NCBI GenBank assembly: GCA_019057815.1
Contig: JAHLWR010000001.1
Span: forward strand, 224,001 to 288,000
Direction: 5' to 3'
Length of the DNA stretch: 64,000 nucleotides
Source: Candidatus Heimdallarchaeota archaeon
GTDB lineage: Archaea; Asgardarchaeota; Heimdallarchaeia; Heimdallarchaeales; Heimdallarchaeaceae
Part shown: positions 1-8,589 of the stretch, piece after piece
Numbering within the stretch: the stretch's first letter is position 1
How the letters are laid out: every line of letters begins with the position of its first letter
Position numbers and translations under genes: made by a program
Notes under the pieces: generated by a model
The model's database searches: none
Told to the model about the DNA's origin: nothing
What the model saw: the letters and a program-made list of their open reading frames with translations, nothing else

Positions 1-812
1 ATCCTTCTTTCAAATCTTCTTCTAAATGCAGCATCAATGGATTCAGGGATATTTGTGGCACCAACAGTAACAATTCTATCAGTTTCAGCGCTTGACAAAC
101 CGTCCATTGATGTTAAGAGTTCAGTTTTTACTCTTCTCATCGCGTCATGTTCTCCTCCACGAGCTCCTGCTAAAGCATCTACTTCATCAATGAATATAAT
201 ACTGGGTTGCCTTTCTCTTGCTAATTTAAATAATGTTTGTACTAGCTTTTCTGATTCACCTAACCATTTTGAAATTATAGAAGCTGCACTAACATTGAAA
301 AAAGTTGCTTCTACTTCAGCTGCTGTAGCTTTTGCTAAAAGAGTCTTACCACACCCAGGAGGACCAAAAAGTAAAATTCCTTTCCAAGGACGGCGTGCCC
401 CTGAAAAGAGATCAGGTCTCATTAAAGGTAACACTATAGCTTCCCGTAGAGTTTGTTTAGCAGTTTCCAATCCTGCTATGTCATTCAAAGTCACAGAAGG
501 CTTTTCAACTACAATAATATCCTGTAAAGCTCCTTCTATTTTATCAGTTTCATCGTCTGAAACTTTAGTTTTTCTTTCCTTTCGTTTCTTGATAAGTTCT
601 TGCAGTTCCTGAGCACGGGCTATATACATCTCAGCTTTTTTCCTTAAAGTGCGAGCTACCTGGGGATTACGCTCGAATCTTATAGCTTTCATCAATGCTT
701 CAGCTGCATCTAGATAGTGTGGAATTGCTTCACTATAATTCTTCTCTTTATCAAAATTATATGCCTTTACAGCAAATTCTCTCGCATGATCAATTAAGCC
801 TTGAGCTGACAA
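1..812 (-). CDS. vps4: Vps4-family AAA+ ATPase with N-terminal MIT domain (runs off the window start)
   Basis: Not in the ORF track; translated by hand from TTG at 812: [47 protein letters not shown] (MIT-like), [18 protein letters not shown] (Walker A), IIFIDEVD (Walker B), [19 protein letters not shown]. It lies directly downstream of two ESCRT-III genes. Confidence 0.93.
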   Translation of the reverse strand, partial: MSAQGLIDHAREFAVKAYNFDKEKNYSEAIPHYLDAAEALMKAIRFERNPQVARTLRKKAEMYIARAQELQELIKKRKERKTKVSDDETDKIEGALQDIIVVEKPSVTLNDIAGLETAKQTLREAIVLPLMRPDLFSGARRPWKGILLFGPPGCGKTLLAKATAAEVEATFFNVSAASIISKWLGESEKLVQTLFKLARERQPSIIFIDEVDALAGARGGEHDAMRRVKTELLTSMDGLSSAETDRIVTVGATNIPESIDAAFRRRFERR

Positions 813-930
813 TTGAAGTTACAACCACCGATTAGTAAGTTTCTATACTATTATTTCATTCATGGATTATAAATATAATACTTCTGTTGCTCTCATTTAA
901 CAAAGTAAAAAGAAAAAGAGAGGGGAAAAG

Positions 931-1593
931 CTATTTTTTGTCAGAATTAGACACTTTTTTACGCAAACCCTCAAGTTCTGCTTCTAGCTCAGAAGTATCA
1001 TCTTCCTCCTTAGCAGCTCCTGAAGGAGTTGCAGGAAGACCAGAAAGATCAGGAAGGGATGTTGTAGTGCCTAGTTCCATTTCTGCTTCAAGTTGTGCTA
1101 ATTGATCATCAATTGCATTATCATCTTCAATGCCTAAAATTCCATCGGAAAGGGCAGAATCGGTCAACGTTTCAGTCATCATTTCAAGCTTATCGCGCTG
1201 AGTGATAACTTTGTCCATTACTTGCTCAGCCTTCTCTGGTGATATTTGTGTAAATTGTTGGTCAACAATTTTAGTACCTATATCCATAGCTTTAACAGTA
1301 TCAACAGTAGATTTGGCAGTTTGAATACTATCCATCTGAGCTTGAAGATTCATAAGCATATTATGAACGGTGTTTAAACGCTTGGTATAAACGGTCCTAC
1401 GTTTAAGAGCCTGTCTAGCACCGGACTTATTACCTGCTTGGAGCATTTTAGAAGCAAGAACTTTCTGTTCATCAGCTTGTCTTTCAAGATTGCGACCTTC
1501 ATGTTCATATTTATTTATTTGAGCTTTTAGAGTTGCAAGAGCTCCAGAATCTTCTTTTCTACTATCCCCAAATAACCAATTTTTCAGTCCCAC
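931..1593 (-). CDS. ESCRT-III Snf7-family protein (Vps20/32/60-like)
   Basis: N-terminal MGLKNWLFG amphipathic motif, helical core with GNKSGARQALKRR, acidic tail. GTG start 6 nt after a GGTGA SD. Confidence 0.9.
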   Translation of the reverse strand: MGLKNWLFGDSRKEDSGALATLKAQINKYEHEGRNLERQADEQKVLASKMLQAGNKSGARQALKRRTVYTKRLNTVHNMLMNLQAQMDSIQTAKSTVDTVKAMDIGTKIVDQQFTQISPEKAEQVMDKVITQRDKLEMMTETLTDSALSDGILGIEDDNAIDDQLAQLEAEMELGTTTSLPDLSGLPATPSGAAKEEDDTSELEAELEGLRKKVSNSDKK

Positions 1594-1606
1594 GACATTT
1601 CACCTT

Positions 1607-2218
1607 TTATTCTTCTTTCTTTCTTAATTTTTGGATTTCAGCTTCTAAATCATCAGTCTCTACAACACCAACAGTTGGTAATCCTGCTTGAGTTGATACA
1701 CCCAGTTCTACAGCAGTTTGTTCTATTAATCTATCGACTTCTACAGGATCTGTGTCAGAAACCAATAAATCGTCTATTCCGTCTTCTAATGTTCCAGTAC
1801 TCTCTTCAATTCCATCAATTGACGCTTCCATATCTTGTATGACTCTGTCTAAATCGGGAATTTGTAATTGAGCATTTGCTGAACGCAAAGCATCTGCGAC
1901 ACCATGCATTTCTTCAGCCATACTAGCAGCTGAATCCGCGCGCTCTAATTTAAAAATCAAACCATTTATTCTTGAAACTAATTTTTGATATCCTAACTCC
2001 CATTTCCTACTACGAACGATGTCTGTTGCAAATAAACGTGCTCCTTCTATGTCTCCCCTCTGAATAGATTGTTTCATTTTTAGTTGCATTTTGGATTCAT
2101 CACGCTCAAGTTTTCTTTGCGCTCTTTCTAACCTTCTAACAGTTAAACGAAGGTTAACAATGTTGTCTCTACTTGATTTTGATGTACCTAGAAGCCAGCC
2201 CATAAAATTTCGGAACAA
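1607..2218 (-). CDS. ESCRT-III protein (Vps2/24/46-like)
   Basis: NLRLTVRRLERAQRKLERDE...GDIEGARLFATDIVRSR pattern typical of the Vps2/Did2 class; C-terminal DDLEAEIQKLRK. TTG start after GGTGA. Confidence 0.9.
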   Translation of the reverse strand: MFRNFMGWLLGTSKSSRDNIVNLRLTVRRLERAQRKLERDESKMQLKMKQSIQRGDIEGARLFATDIVRSRKWELGYQKLVSRINGLIFKLERADSAASMAEEMHGVADALRSANAQLQIPDLDRVIQDMEASIDGIEESTGTLEDGIDDLLVSDTDPVEVDRLIEQTAVELGVSTQAGLPTVGVVETDDLEAEIQKLRKKEE

Positions 2219-2451
2219 TTTCGATTCACCGTGAATATTTGTTGATTTATTCTATTTAAGCTTTGGTGCTTAATATAATTATCTTTTCTTGATGTATCCA
2301 ATTTTTTAGTATGTTATCCCTTTCCTTTTATTGTTAATTTAATAATACTACTATTCCAAAATTAATTCAAACAAAAAATATCCAAAACGTATAAACGGAA
2401 AAACTATTATAATCTTGATTTTAAAATCATGTAAAACTAGGTGAAAAACGT

Positions 2452-2784
2452 ATGTTGTTGAATAAGAGAATGGTATTCAAAACTCTTTTAATTCTTGGTA
2501 TTATGGGTATTATAACCTTAACTGCTACTACTGTATTCGCACAAGAGGATAATGATACTGTTACAGTTACAGAAGATACTTCTGGACTAAAATATATAGG
2601 AGCTGCTATTGCAGTATCTTTTGCCGGTATTGGAGCTTCAATAGGAATGGCAATGGCAGGTAGTGCAGCTATAGGGGCCATCGTCGAGAAACCAGAGCTC
2701 TTTGGAAAAGTTTTCTTGTTTGTAGTGCTTATTGAAGCTGTAGCCATCTACGGTCTATTAGCAGCTATTCTTATGGTTCTCTAA
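2452..2784 (+). CDS. atpK: A/V-type ATP synthase subunit K/c (proteolipid) with N-terminal signal-like extension
   Basis: Single hairpin GAAIAVSFAGIGASIG...EKPELFGK...VLIEAVAIYG carrying the essential Glu; GGTGA SD. Confidence 0.92.
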   Translation: MLLNKRMVFKTLLILGIMGIITLTATTVFAQEDNDTVTVTEDTSGLKYIGAAIAVSFAGIGASIGMAMAGSAAIGAIVEKPELFGKVFLFVVLIEAVAIYGLLAAILMVL

Positions 2785-2818
2785 ATAAGTACCTTAAAAT
2801 CTCTTTCCTTTTGTTTAA

Positions 2819-3202
2819 GTGATTAAAATGAATAAAGAAGAGCGTCCAATGCAATCCCCCGCTTCAATGAAACTGAGATCCTTGATAGATTTGGTTAAAT
2901 TACTTATTTCTACTGCCCGACCCGGAGAAAGATCAGGTGGTTACCTGGGGTACTATGGTGATAGTGATAGATCAATTTACTTTCTAATAAATACAACTTT
3001 AGGTTATTACGAACTTAATGCTCTACCTTTTGTTGTCTGGGTAGAAGAATCTGAAAAACCTACTAATGCGTTTCTTAGGTATCAAACTTCGCCATCCGAA
3101 AAACTAGAGTTTTCTGATGATGCAACAGACCCTAAATGGTTTACACTTCCTATCATCAAATTTGAAGAAATGCCAAAGTACTTAAGAGTCTGGGAACAAT
3201 AA
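2819..3202 (+). CDS. Hypothetical protein
   Basis: 127-aa ORF with normal composition, co-oriented with atpK; the start may be the ATG at 2828 or 2849. Confidence 0.7.
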   Translation: MIKMNKEERPMQSPASMKLRSLIDLVKLLISTARPGERSGGYLGYYGDSDRSIYFLINTTLGYYELNALPFVVWVEESEKPTNAFLRYQTSPSEKLEFSDDATDPKWFTLPIIKFEEMPKYLRVWEQ

Positions 3203-3246
3203 GAAACATAACTAGATCATTTTATATTTTTATTCATTCAATTTAC

Positions 3247-4665
3247 TTAATACCAATCATCTTCATAACGAGTATCGTATTTATCAGCTTTTGCTCTAAC
3301 TTCTTCAATGTTGGTCTTAATCTTACTATACTCTCGTTTTAATTTGTTCATCAACCCATCGTAACCTTTAGTACTTGGATACCCAGATTTTATTGAATCA
3401 CGAAATGTTTGCATTTTCCTTTCGACTGCGAAGAGCTTATCTAAAAGCTTATCCAGGGTGAAATCTAACCCTTCTCGCCAGTAGTATTCCCTTTTAATTT
3501 CACGTTTGTTCAAAACTTTTTTCTTGAGAATTATTATATGTTTTTGTATATTGTTTTTCAATTCATTGATAGTTAAAGATCTCTGTTGTATGTCTTCAAT
3601 TATAGAAGTTTTCTTAATAGCATACTCAATATATTCATCTATTATTTTGAAATAGAATTGAAATTGATATAAGCTTTCATTGCTACCAAATAGAAGATAA
3701 GAATCGTTGCTTGTTTTTATCCTTAAAGTCTTCCCAATCAATAGTTTATAGGAATATTTCTTGCTAACCAAGTATAAAAGACTTATAGTTTCTCTTAATT
3801 TCAATCTGACATCTATTAATCCTTTTTCTCTAATAAGATATATACTCTTACTTGTTAGAACCACTAAGTACTTTTTAGGAAGATTTCCATTTTTCCTTAT
3901 CCACAATCTAGGAATAATAGAGATCATCTGTTCTCCTTCAACTTCAGGTAAATAAGGTTGTATTTTCTCTAGTAAATTAAATTGATATTTAACATAAGCA
4001 ATTTTTTGATTCAAAGAACAGAAATCGTCCTCCATCTCATTTGAGTTAGTTTCAAGAATCTTTTCCAGTAAAAGGTATCTTCCTTCAAGCAATGATAGAA
4101 TTTCTTCTGCTCTTTCCAAGTTGTCTAAATCTGAGTGCCTTAAGAAACCAATTGTATGAAGTCTTTCATCAAGCATTGAAAAAGTATTATTTTCAAATTT
4201 TATAATATTATCAATGAATATTGATATTTTACCATCTAAGAGAACTAAATTATTTTCTATGTGAGGAAACAGCATTATCTTTGATTGTCTCACTGTAAAA
4301 GTGGTTTCTACTAAATCATGATAACGCTGAGTTAACCCCCAAACATGAGCCATTTTTTTATTAAGTTTATCAATAGCTGTGAATATTAAATGTGGCATTT
4401 CTTGGTGATATAGTAAGCCATCTACAACATCTGGAGATTTACACCAGTCACATCTATACACAGTTTCATTTTTTGAATAAGTAGTTTCACTTTTACAAGT
4501 TGGACAGGTAGATTCGAAAACATCCTCATCACATTCGTCACAATGATAAACTGTATTAGTGATAACTACGTGTTTAAGACACAACTTACGTTTACACGAT
4601 TTACAGTAATAATGAGCTGGACTTACACAAGAACTACAACTAGTCACTACCGGCAGAGTGCTCAC
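3247..4665 (-). CDS. Multi-zinc-finger (B-box-like) / coiled-coil / PH-like domain protein
   Basis: N-terminal C-x2-C-x7-C-x2-C-x4-C-x2-H plus three further CxxC pairs, a long heptad region, a beta-rich segment (KKYLVVLTSKSIYLIRE) and a C-terminal coiled coil. The domain names are inferred from pattern only. Confidence 0.7.
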   Translation of the reverse strand: MSTLPVVTSCSSCVSPAHYYCKSCKRKLCLKHVVITNTVYHCDECDEDVFESTCPTCKSETTYSKNETVYRCDWCKSPDVVDGLLYHQEMPHLIFTAIDKLNKKMAHVWGLTQRYHDLVETTFTVRQSKIMLFPHIENNLVLLDGKISIFIDNIIKFENNTFSMLDERLHTIGFLRHSDLDNLERAEEILSLLEGRYLLLEKILETNSNEMEDDFCSLNQKIAYVKYQFNLLEKIQPYLPEVEGEQMISIIPRLWIRKNGNLPKKYLVVLTSKSIYLIREKGLIDVRLKLRETISLLYLVSKKYSYKLLIGKTLRIKTSNDSYLLFGSNESLYQFQFYFKIIDEYIEYAIKKTSIIEDIQQRSLTINELKNNIQKHIIILKKKVLNKREIKREYYWREGLDFTLDKLLDKLFAVERKMQTFRDSIKSGYPSTKGYDGLMNKLKREYSKIKTNIEEVRAKADKYDTRYEDDWY

Positions 4666-4826
4666 CTTTATTGTATCTGAAAAGCTAAGCTAATTTATGT
4701 ATTAATGTAATATCTACAGAATAATGATGATTTTATCGCAGAATCTGGAGAACTCAAATAATGTCATACCATTAGTTTTATTTTAGTGTGCTTTATGTTA
4801 ATATAAAAATCAAAGAGATTATTACT

Positions 4827-6035
4827 ATGAAAATTTCAAATCGTACAGCAAATTTCCAATATGCAATCAGAGATGTTCTTACAGTTGCAGCAGAAGTTGA
4901 AGCGCAAGGTCACAAGTTAATCAAGTTAAATATAGGTGATCCGATAAAATACCATTTTAAGACCCCAAAATTACTTACAGAACCGCTTAAATATGCTGAA
5001 GATGAAAATTATAATTTTTATGCTGATTCTCAAGGTATACTAGAATTTCGAGAAGCAATAGCATCTTATGAAAATCGCAAGCACAAAGTCGGAGTTACTG
5101 CCGATAAAGTAGTAGTGACAGCTGGAGTTTCTGAAGGAATACAAATGACCTTCATGTCTTTCACCAATCCCGGAGATCAAGTATTAATCCCAGGAATTCA
5201 TTACCCAAGCTATTCAGGAAACGCAACAATCTTTGACGTGGATCCTCAATATTACAAAACTGTTGTAAGTGACTGTTTCTATCCTGATTCCGACCATATA
5301 AGATCGTTAATGAATGAGAAAACAAAAATGGTCATTTTAAATACTCCAAACAACCCCACAGGTTCTGTTTATCCAGAAAAAGTAATCAAAGAGATAGTTG
5401 ATATTGTTGGTGAATATGATGCTTGTATAATATCTGATGAAACTTATGATGAATTGTTGTTAGATGAAGGACTGAAACACACTGCAACTGCCACTATTGC
5501 AAAAGATGTCCCTGTAATAACCTACAATGGTTTCAGTAAAGTTTTCTTGGCTCCAGGTTGGCGCCTTGGATATGCTTATCTTCAAGATCCCGACAACAAA
5601 ATCTCAGATCCATGGGATGGTTTGAACAAATTAACTCGATTGCGTTTGTGTGCTTCAACACCTTTACAAAAAGCTGGGACAGAGGCACTTAAAGCAGATC
5701 AAAGTACATATTTGCCGGAAACAATAAAAACTCTCAAAGAACGCAGAGATTTAATGTACAATCGACTGGAAAATATGGAAGGAATCTCCGTCTACAAACC
5801 AGAAGCTGCTTTCTACATATTCCCAGTTCTAGATTTAGAGCAATTTACATGGAAAAGTGATAAAGAATTTGTTTTCGATTTCTTAAGGAAAAAACATGTA
5901 TTAACTGTTTTTGGATCAGGATTTGGGCCTTTTGGAGAAAATGGATTTAGAATGGTGTACTTACCAACACTAGAAAAGATAGAAGAAGCTATGAACAAAC
6001 TTGAAGATTTATTGAATGAAAATAGAATGAAATAG
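4827..6035 (+). CDS. PLP-dependent aminotransferase class I/II (alanine aminotransferase-like)
   Basis: KLNIGDP, NTPNNPTG, ISDETYD and NGFSKVFLAPGWRLGY motifs; ATG at 4827 preferred over 4788. Confidence 0.9.
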   Translation: MKISNRTANFQYAIRDVLTVAAEVEAQGHKLIKLNIGDPIKYHFKTPKLLTEPLKYAEDENYNFYADSQGILEFREAIASYENRKHKVGVTADKVVVTAGVSEGIQMTFMSFTNPGDQVLIPGIHYPSYSGNATIFDVDPQYYKTVVSDCFYPDSDHIRSLMNEKTKMVILNTPNNPTGSVYPEKVIKEIVDIVGEYDACIISDETYDELLLDEGLKHTATATIAKDVPVITYNGFSKVFLAPGWRLGYAYLQDPDNKISDPWDGLNKLTRLRLCASTPLQKAGTEALKADQSTYLPETIKTLKERRDLMYNRLENMEGISVYKPEAAFYIFPVLDLEQFTWKSDKEFVFDFLRKKHVLTVFGSGFGPFGENGFRMVYLPTLEKIEEAMNKLEDLLNENRMK

Positions 6036-6060
6036 AAATACTAACAATACCAGCTTCTAT

Positions 6061-7056
6061 TTACTTTTTATTGATAGTTACTTTCTTGTCTTCCAGTTTT
6101 ATTTTTTTAAAGAACAAAGTTGTTTGGGAAATAGACGTAATCGCAATTCCTAGTAAGATGACAAACATATAAAGAACAGTAATGGGTCGAGGAATCTCGC
6201 TTAAAATTACTATTCCTAAAATCGTTGCTCCTACAGGTTCCGCTACTATTACTGTACCAACAAAATAAGCTGGTAATCGTCTAAGAGAATAATTATAAGT
6301 TGCATGTCCGATTAAAGAAGGACCAATAGCCATTAACAGAATGAAAACAAAAGCAATAGCTGTATATTCGAATAAATCATAACCTCTTATTATATTGTAA
6401 AAAAGTAAACTTATCCCAGAAATTAAATTAACCAAACCAAAATATGGCCATAGAGGAGAATCTTGAAGGATTTTCTTACCGATTAGAAAATAGAAGGTTA
6501 CAGTTAACGCTCCAATAAGAGCAAAAAATATTCCCAATACCGGATTAACTTGTGATGTATCATCTGTTGTAGCAAAAGCCAATAATACACCTCCAACAAA
6601 TGCGAAGATAATCCCTATAATACCAAAACAATTAATTTTTTCTTTGAAGATAACAAAACCAAAGATTGCCATAAAAATAGGAACTGTATCTACTAGAGTT
6701 GTTGAAATGGCAACAGAAACATATTCTAATGATAAAAACCATGTCGCGAAATGTATTGCTAATAATATTCCTGAAATTATTATCCAATGTAATCTTTTAA
6801 CTGTGGTAGGTTTAACAATCCAATTTATTTCTCCCCTAGATAGTGCAAATATCAAGGCTATAACCCCAGCAAACAATGTTCTATACATTGCTATTACTTC
6901 AGAGGGCACATTATACCCAAATTCTGATGACTGAAGTACTGAAACAATAGGTGCAGCGAAAGAAACAGATATTATAGCTATGAATAACAAAAGATAAGGA
7001 AATAATCCTTTTTTATTTTCATTGATGCTTTTGTTTTCATTTTGCATAAATCGCAC
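6061..7056 (-). CDS. DMT/EamA-family transporter
   Basis: About 10 TM segments; HFATWFLSL and AEPVGATILG EamA patterns. Confidence 0.88.
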   Translation of the reverse strand: MRFMQNENKSINENKKGLFPYLLLFIAIISVSFAAPIVSVLQSSEFGYNVPSEVIAMYRTLFAGVIALIFALSRGEINWIVKPTTVKRLHWIIISGILLAIHFATWFLSLEYVSVAISTTLVDTVPIFMAIFGFVIFKEKINCFGIIGIIFAFVGGVLLAFATTDDTSQVNPVLGIFFALIGALTVTFYFLIGKKILQDSPLWPYFGLVNLISGISLLFYNIIRGYDLFEYTAIAFVFILLMAIGPSLIGHATYNYSLRRLPAYFVGTVIVAEPVGATILGIVILSEIPRPITVLYMFVILLGIAITSISQTTLFFKKIKLEDKKVTINKK

Positions 7057-7077
7057 CTATTTTGTTGAACACTATAT

Positions 7078-8304
7078 CTAAGCACCAAATTTTTCAACTA
7101 AGTGAAGTTCATTAAGTAGGATACCCATTAGGTTTTTTCCTAAAATTCTTCCCAATCCGCCTTTATAACAAGCTCTTTCACCAAAGCTTTGCACCTCATC
7201 TTTAAGACAATCAGGGGAAGTAATCATAACAGGCACGGGATCAGCAGAATGATCTTTAAAACTACAAGGAGTACTATGGTCACCACAAACTGCTATAACT
7301 AGTTTATCTTTATAATTTTCAGGTAGGAAACGGTATAACTCTTTGTCTACCTTTTCAATAAATTCAGCTTTTCCTTTTGCATCTCCATCATGACCTAAAT
7401 TATCTGTACCCTTTACATGTGTAAAAACAAAACTATAGTTTTTTAGCATCTCATAAGCGGTTTCAAACTTTATTTGAAGGTTAGTATCAACACCACCTGT
7501 TAGTTCAGGTTTTTCAATAATATCCATTCCTAACATTCGCGCAATGCCTTTGTATAATCCACCACCCGCAACACAAGCTGTCTTTAATCCATATTCTTTT
7601 TCAAAATTCGGCAACTTAGGAACCTTTCCTGCACCTCTAATTAATAAATAATTAGCAGGTAACAACCCTTTTTCTTCTCGCTCTTTGTTAATTTCAGATT
7701 GTTGCAAAATATCGTGTGCTTTATTTGAAAAAGCGTTTAAGACTCTAACTGTTTTTTGAGCTTCTGAGCTATTATCCAATGCCTTAAACTCATAAGGTTC
7801 CTTTCCTTCTATCTTAGGATCGTTCCCTTTAACTTTGTCTGATAATCCATCGCCTCTTAAAACCATTGCAGCCCTATGTTCAGTACCATCAGCTACGACA
7901 ACTTTGATGCCCTCAAACTCCATACCTTTTAGTGATTCAATAAGGTCATATGTACGTTCCTTTATCCTTCCAGCTCGTCGATCAATAATAATACCATTTT
8001 CTAGAGTAGCAAAATTAACTCTGAAAGCTACATCGCCTTCTTTAATTTGTAAACCAACACCTGCGGCTTCAAAAGGTCCTCTACCTGTATAGTATTTGAA
8101 AGGGTCCACACCAAAGAGAGCTAAATGAGCTGTATCACTCCCTGGTGTAACTCCAGGCGATATAACATCCATAATACCAGTTAGACCTTGTTTTGCTAGA
8201 ACGTCCAAATTAGGGGTATTAGCATATTCTAAGGGTGTTTTCCCATCAAGTTCTAACGAAGGGCGGTCACCTACACCATCTAGTATGATAAATAATAGTT
8301 TCAT
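7078..8304 (-). CDS. apgM: 2,3-bisphosphoglycerate-independent phosphoglycerate mutase, archaeal type
   Basis: LDGVGDRP, TPGSDTAHL, YTGRGPFEA, HVKGTDNLGHDG and GDHSTP motifs. Confidence 0.95.
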   Translation of the reverse strand: MKLLFIILDGVGDRPSLELDGKTPLEYANTPNLDVLAKQGLTGIMDVISPGVTPGSDTAHLALFGVDPFKYYTGRGPFEAAGVGLQIKEGDVAFRVNFATLENGIIIDRRAGRIKERTYDLIESLKGMEFEGIKVVVADGTEHRAAMVLRGDGLSDKVKGNDPKIEGKEPYEFKALDNSSEAQKTVRVLNAFSNKAHDILQQSEINKEREEKGLLPANYLLIRGAGKVPKLPNFEKEYGLKTACVAGGGLYKGIARMLGMDIIEKPELTGGVDTNLQIKFETAYEMLKNYSFVFTHVKGTDNLGHDGDAKGKAEFIEKVDKELYRFLPENYKDKLVIAVCGDHSTPCSFKDHSADPVPVMITSPDCLKDEVQSFGERACYKGGLGRILGKNLMGILLNELHLVEKFGA

Positions 8305-8433
8305 ACTTTGTTCTAACTAGATGAACAAATAAGTGTTATTCTCTAAATTACATTTTTTTGAACTGTTCAAAACTAGATTAGAAAACGCCTAGATAAACGC
8401 TTAAAATTTCAAAATCAAGAGTAACAAAGAATT

Positions 8434-8445
8434 TTTATATGCTTT
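8434..8445 (+). promoter_or_regulatory. TATA box of the proS leader transcript (TTTATATGCTTT)
   Basis: The identical 12-mer occurs upstream of thrS (33751-33762) at nearly the same distance from the shared GAGGACAATGAA motif. Confidence 0.65.
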
Positions 8446-8467
8446 CTAGGATGAAGATTTGAGGACA

Positions 8468-8506
8468 ATGAAAGGTGACTATGTTCCGACAAATACTTGT
8501 AAGTAA
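8468..8506 (+). promoter_or_regulatory. Putative proS leader uORF MKGDYVPTNTCK (Pro codon CCG at 8486-8488)
   Basis: ATG AAA GGT GAC TAT GTT CCG ACA AAT ACT TGT AAG TAA; the motif is shared with the thrS and leuS leaders. Confidence 0.6.
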
Positions 8507-8589
8507 CTGTTCTTCACGTGAGAGAAGGAATATCTGCACCAGAAACTCAACACTTTTGATTAATATAATACAAAGAAAGGTGAAATTAG

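Noticed and set aside
37-612. 191-aa + strand ORF
   Set aside because: Antisense shadow of vps4.
8460-8589. T-box riboswitch upstream of the aaRS genes
   Set aside because: No GGTGGNACC T-box antiterminator bulge and no AG-bulge/GNTG Stem I motifs; the cognate codon lies near the 5' end, in frame with an ATG.
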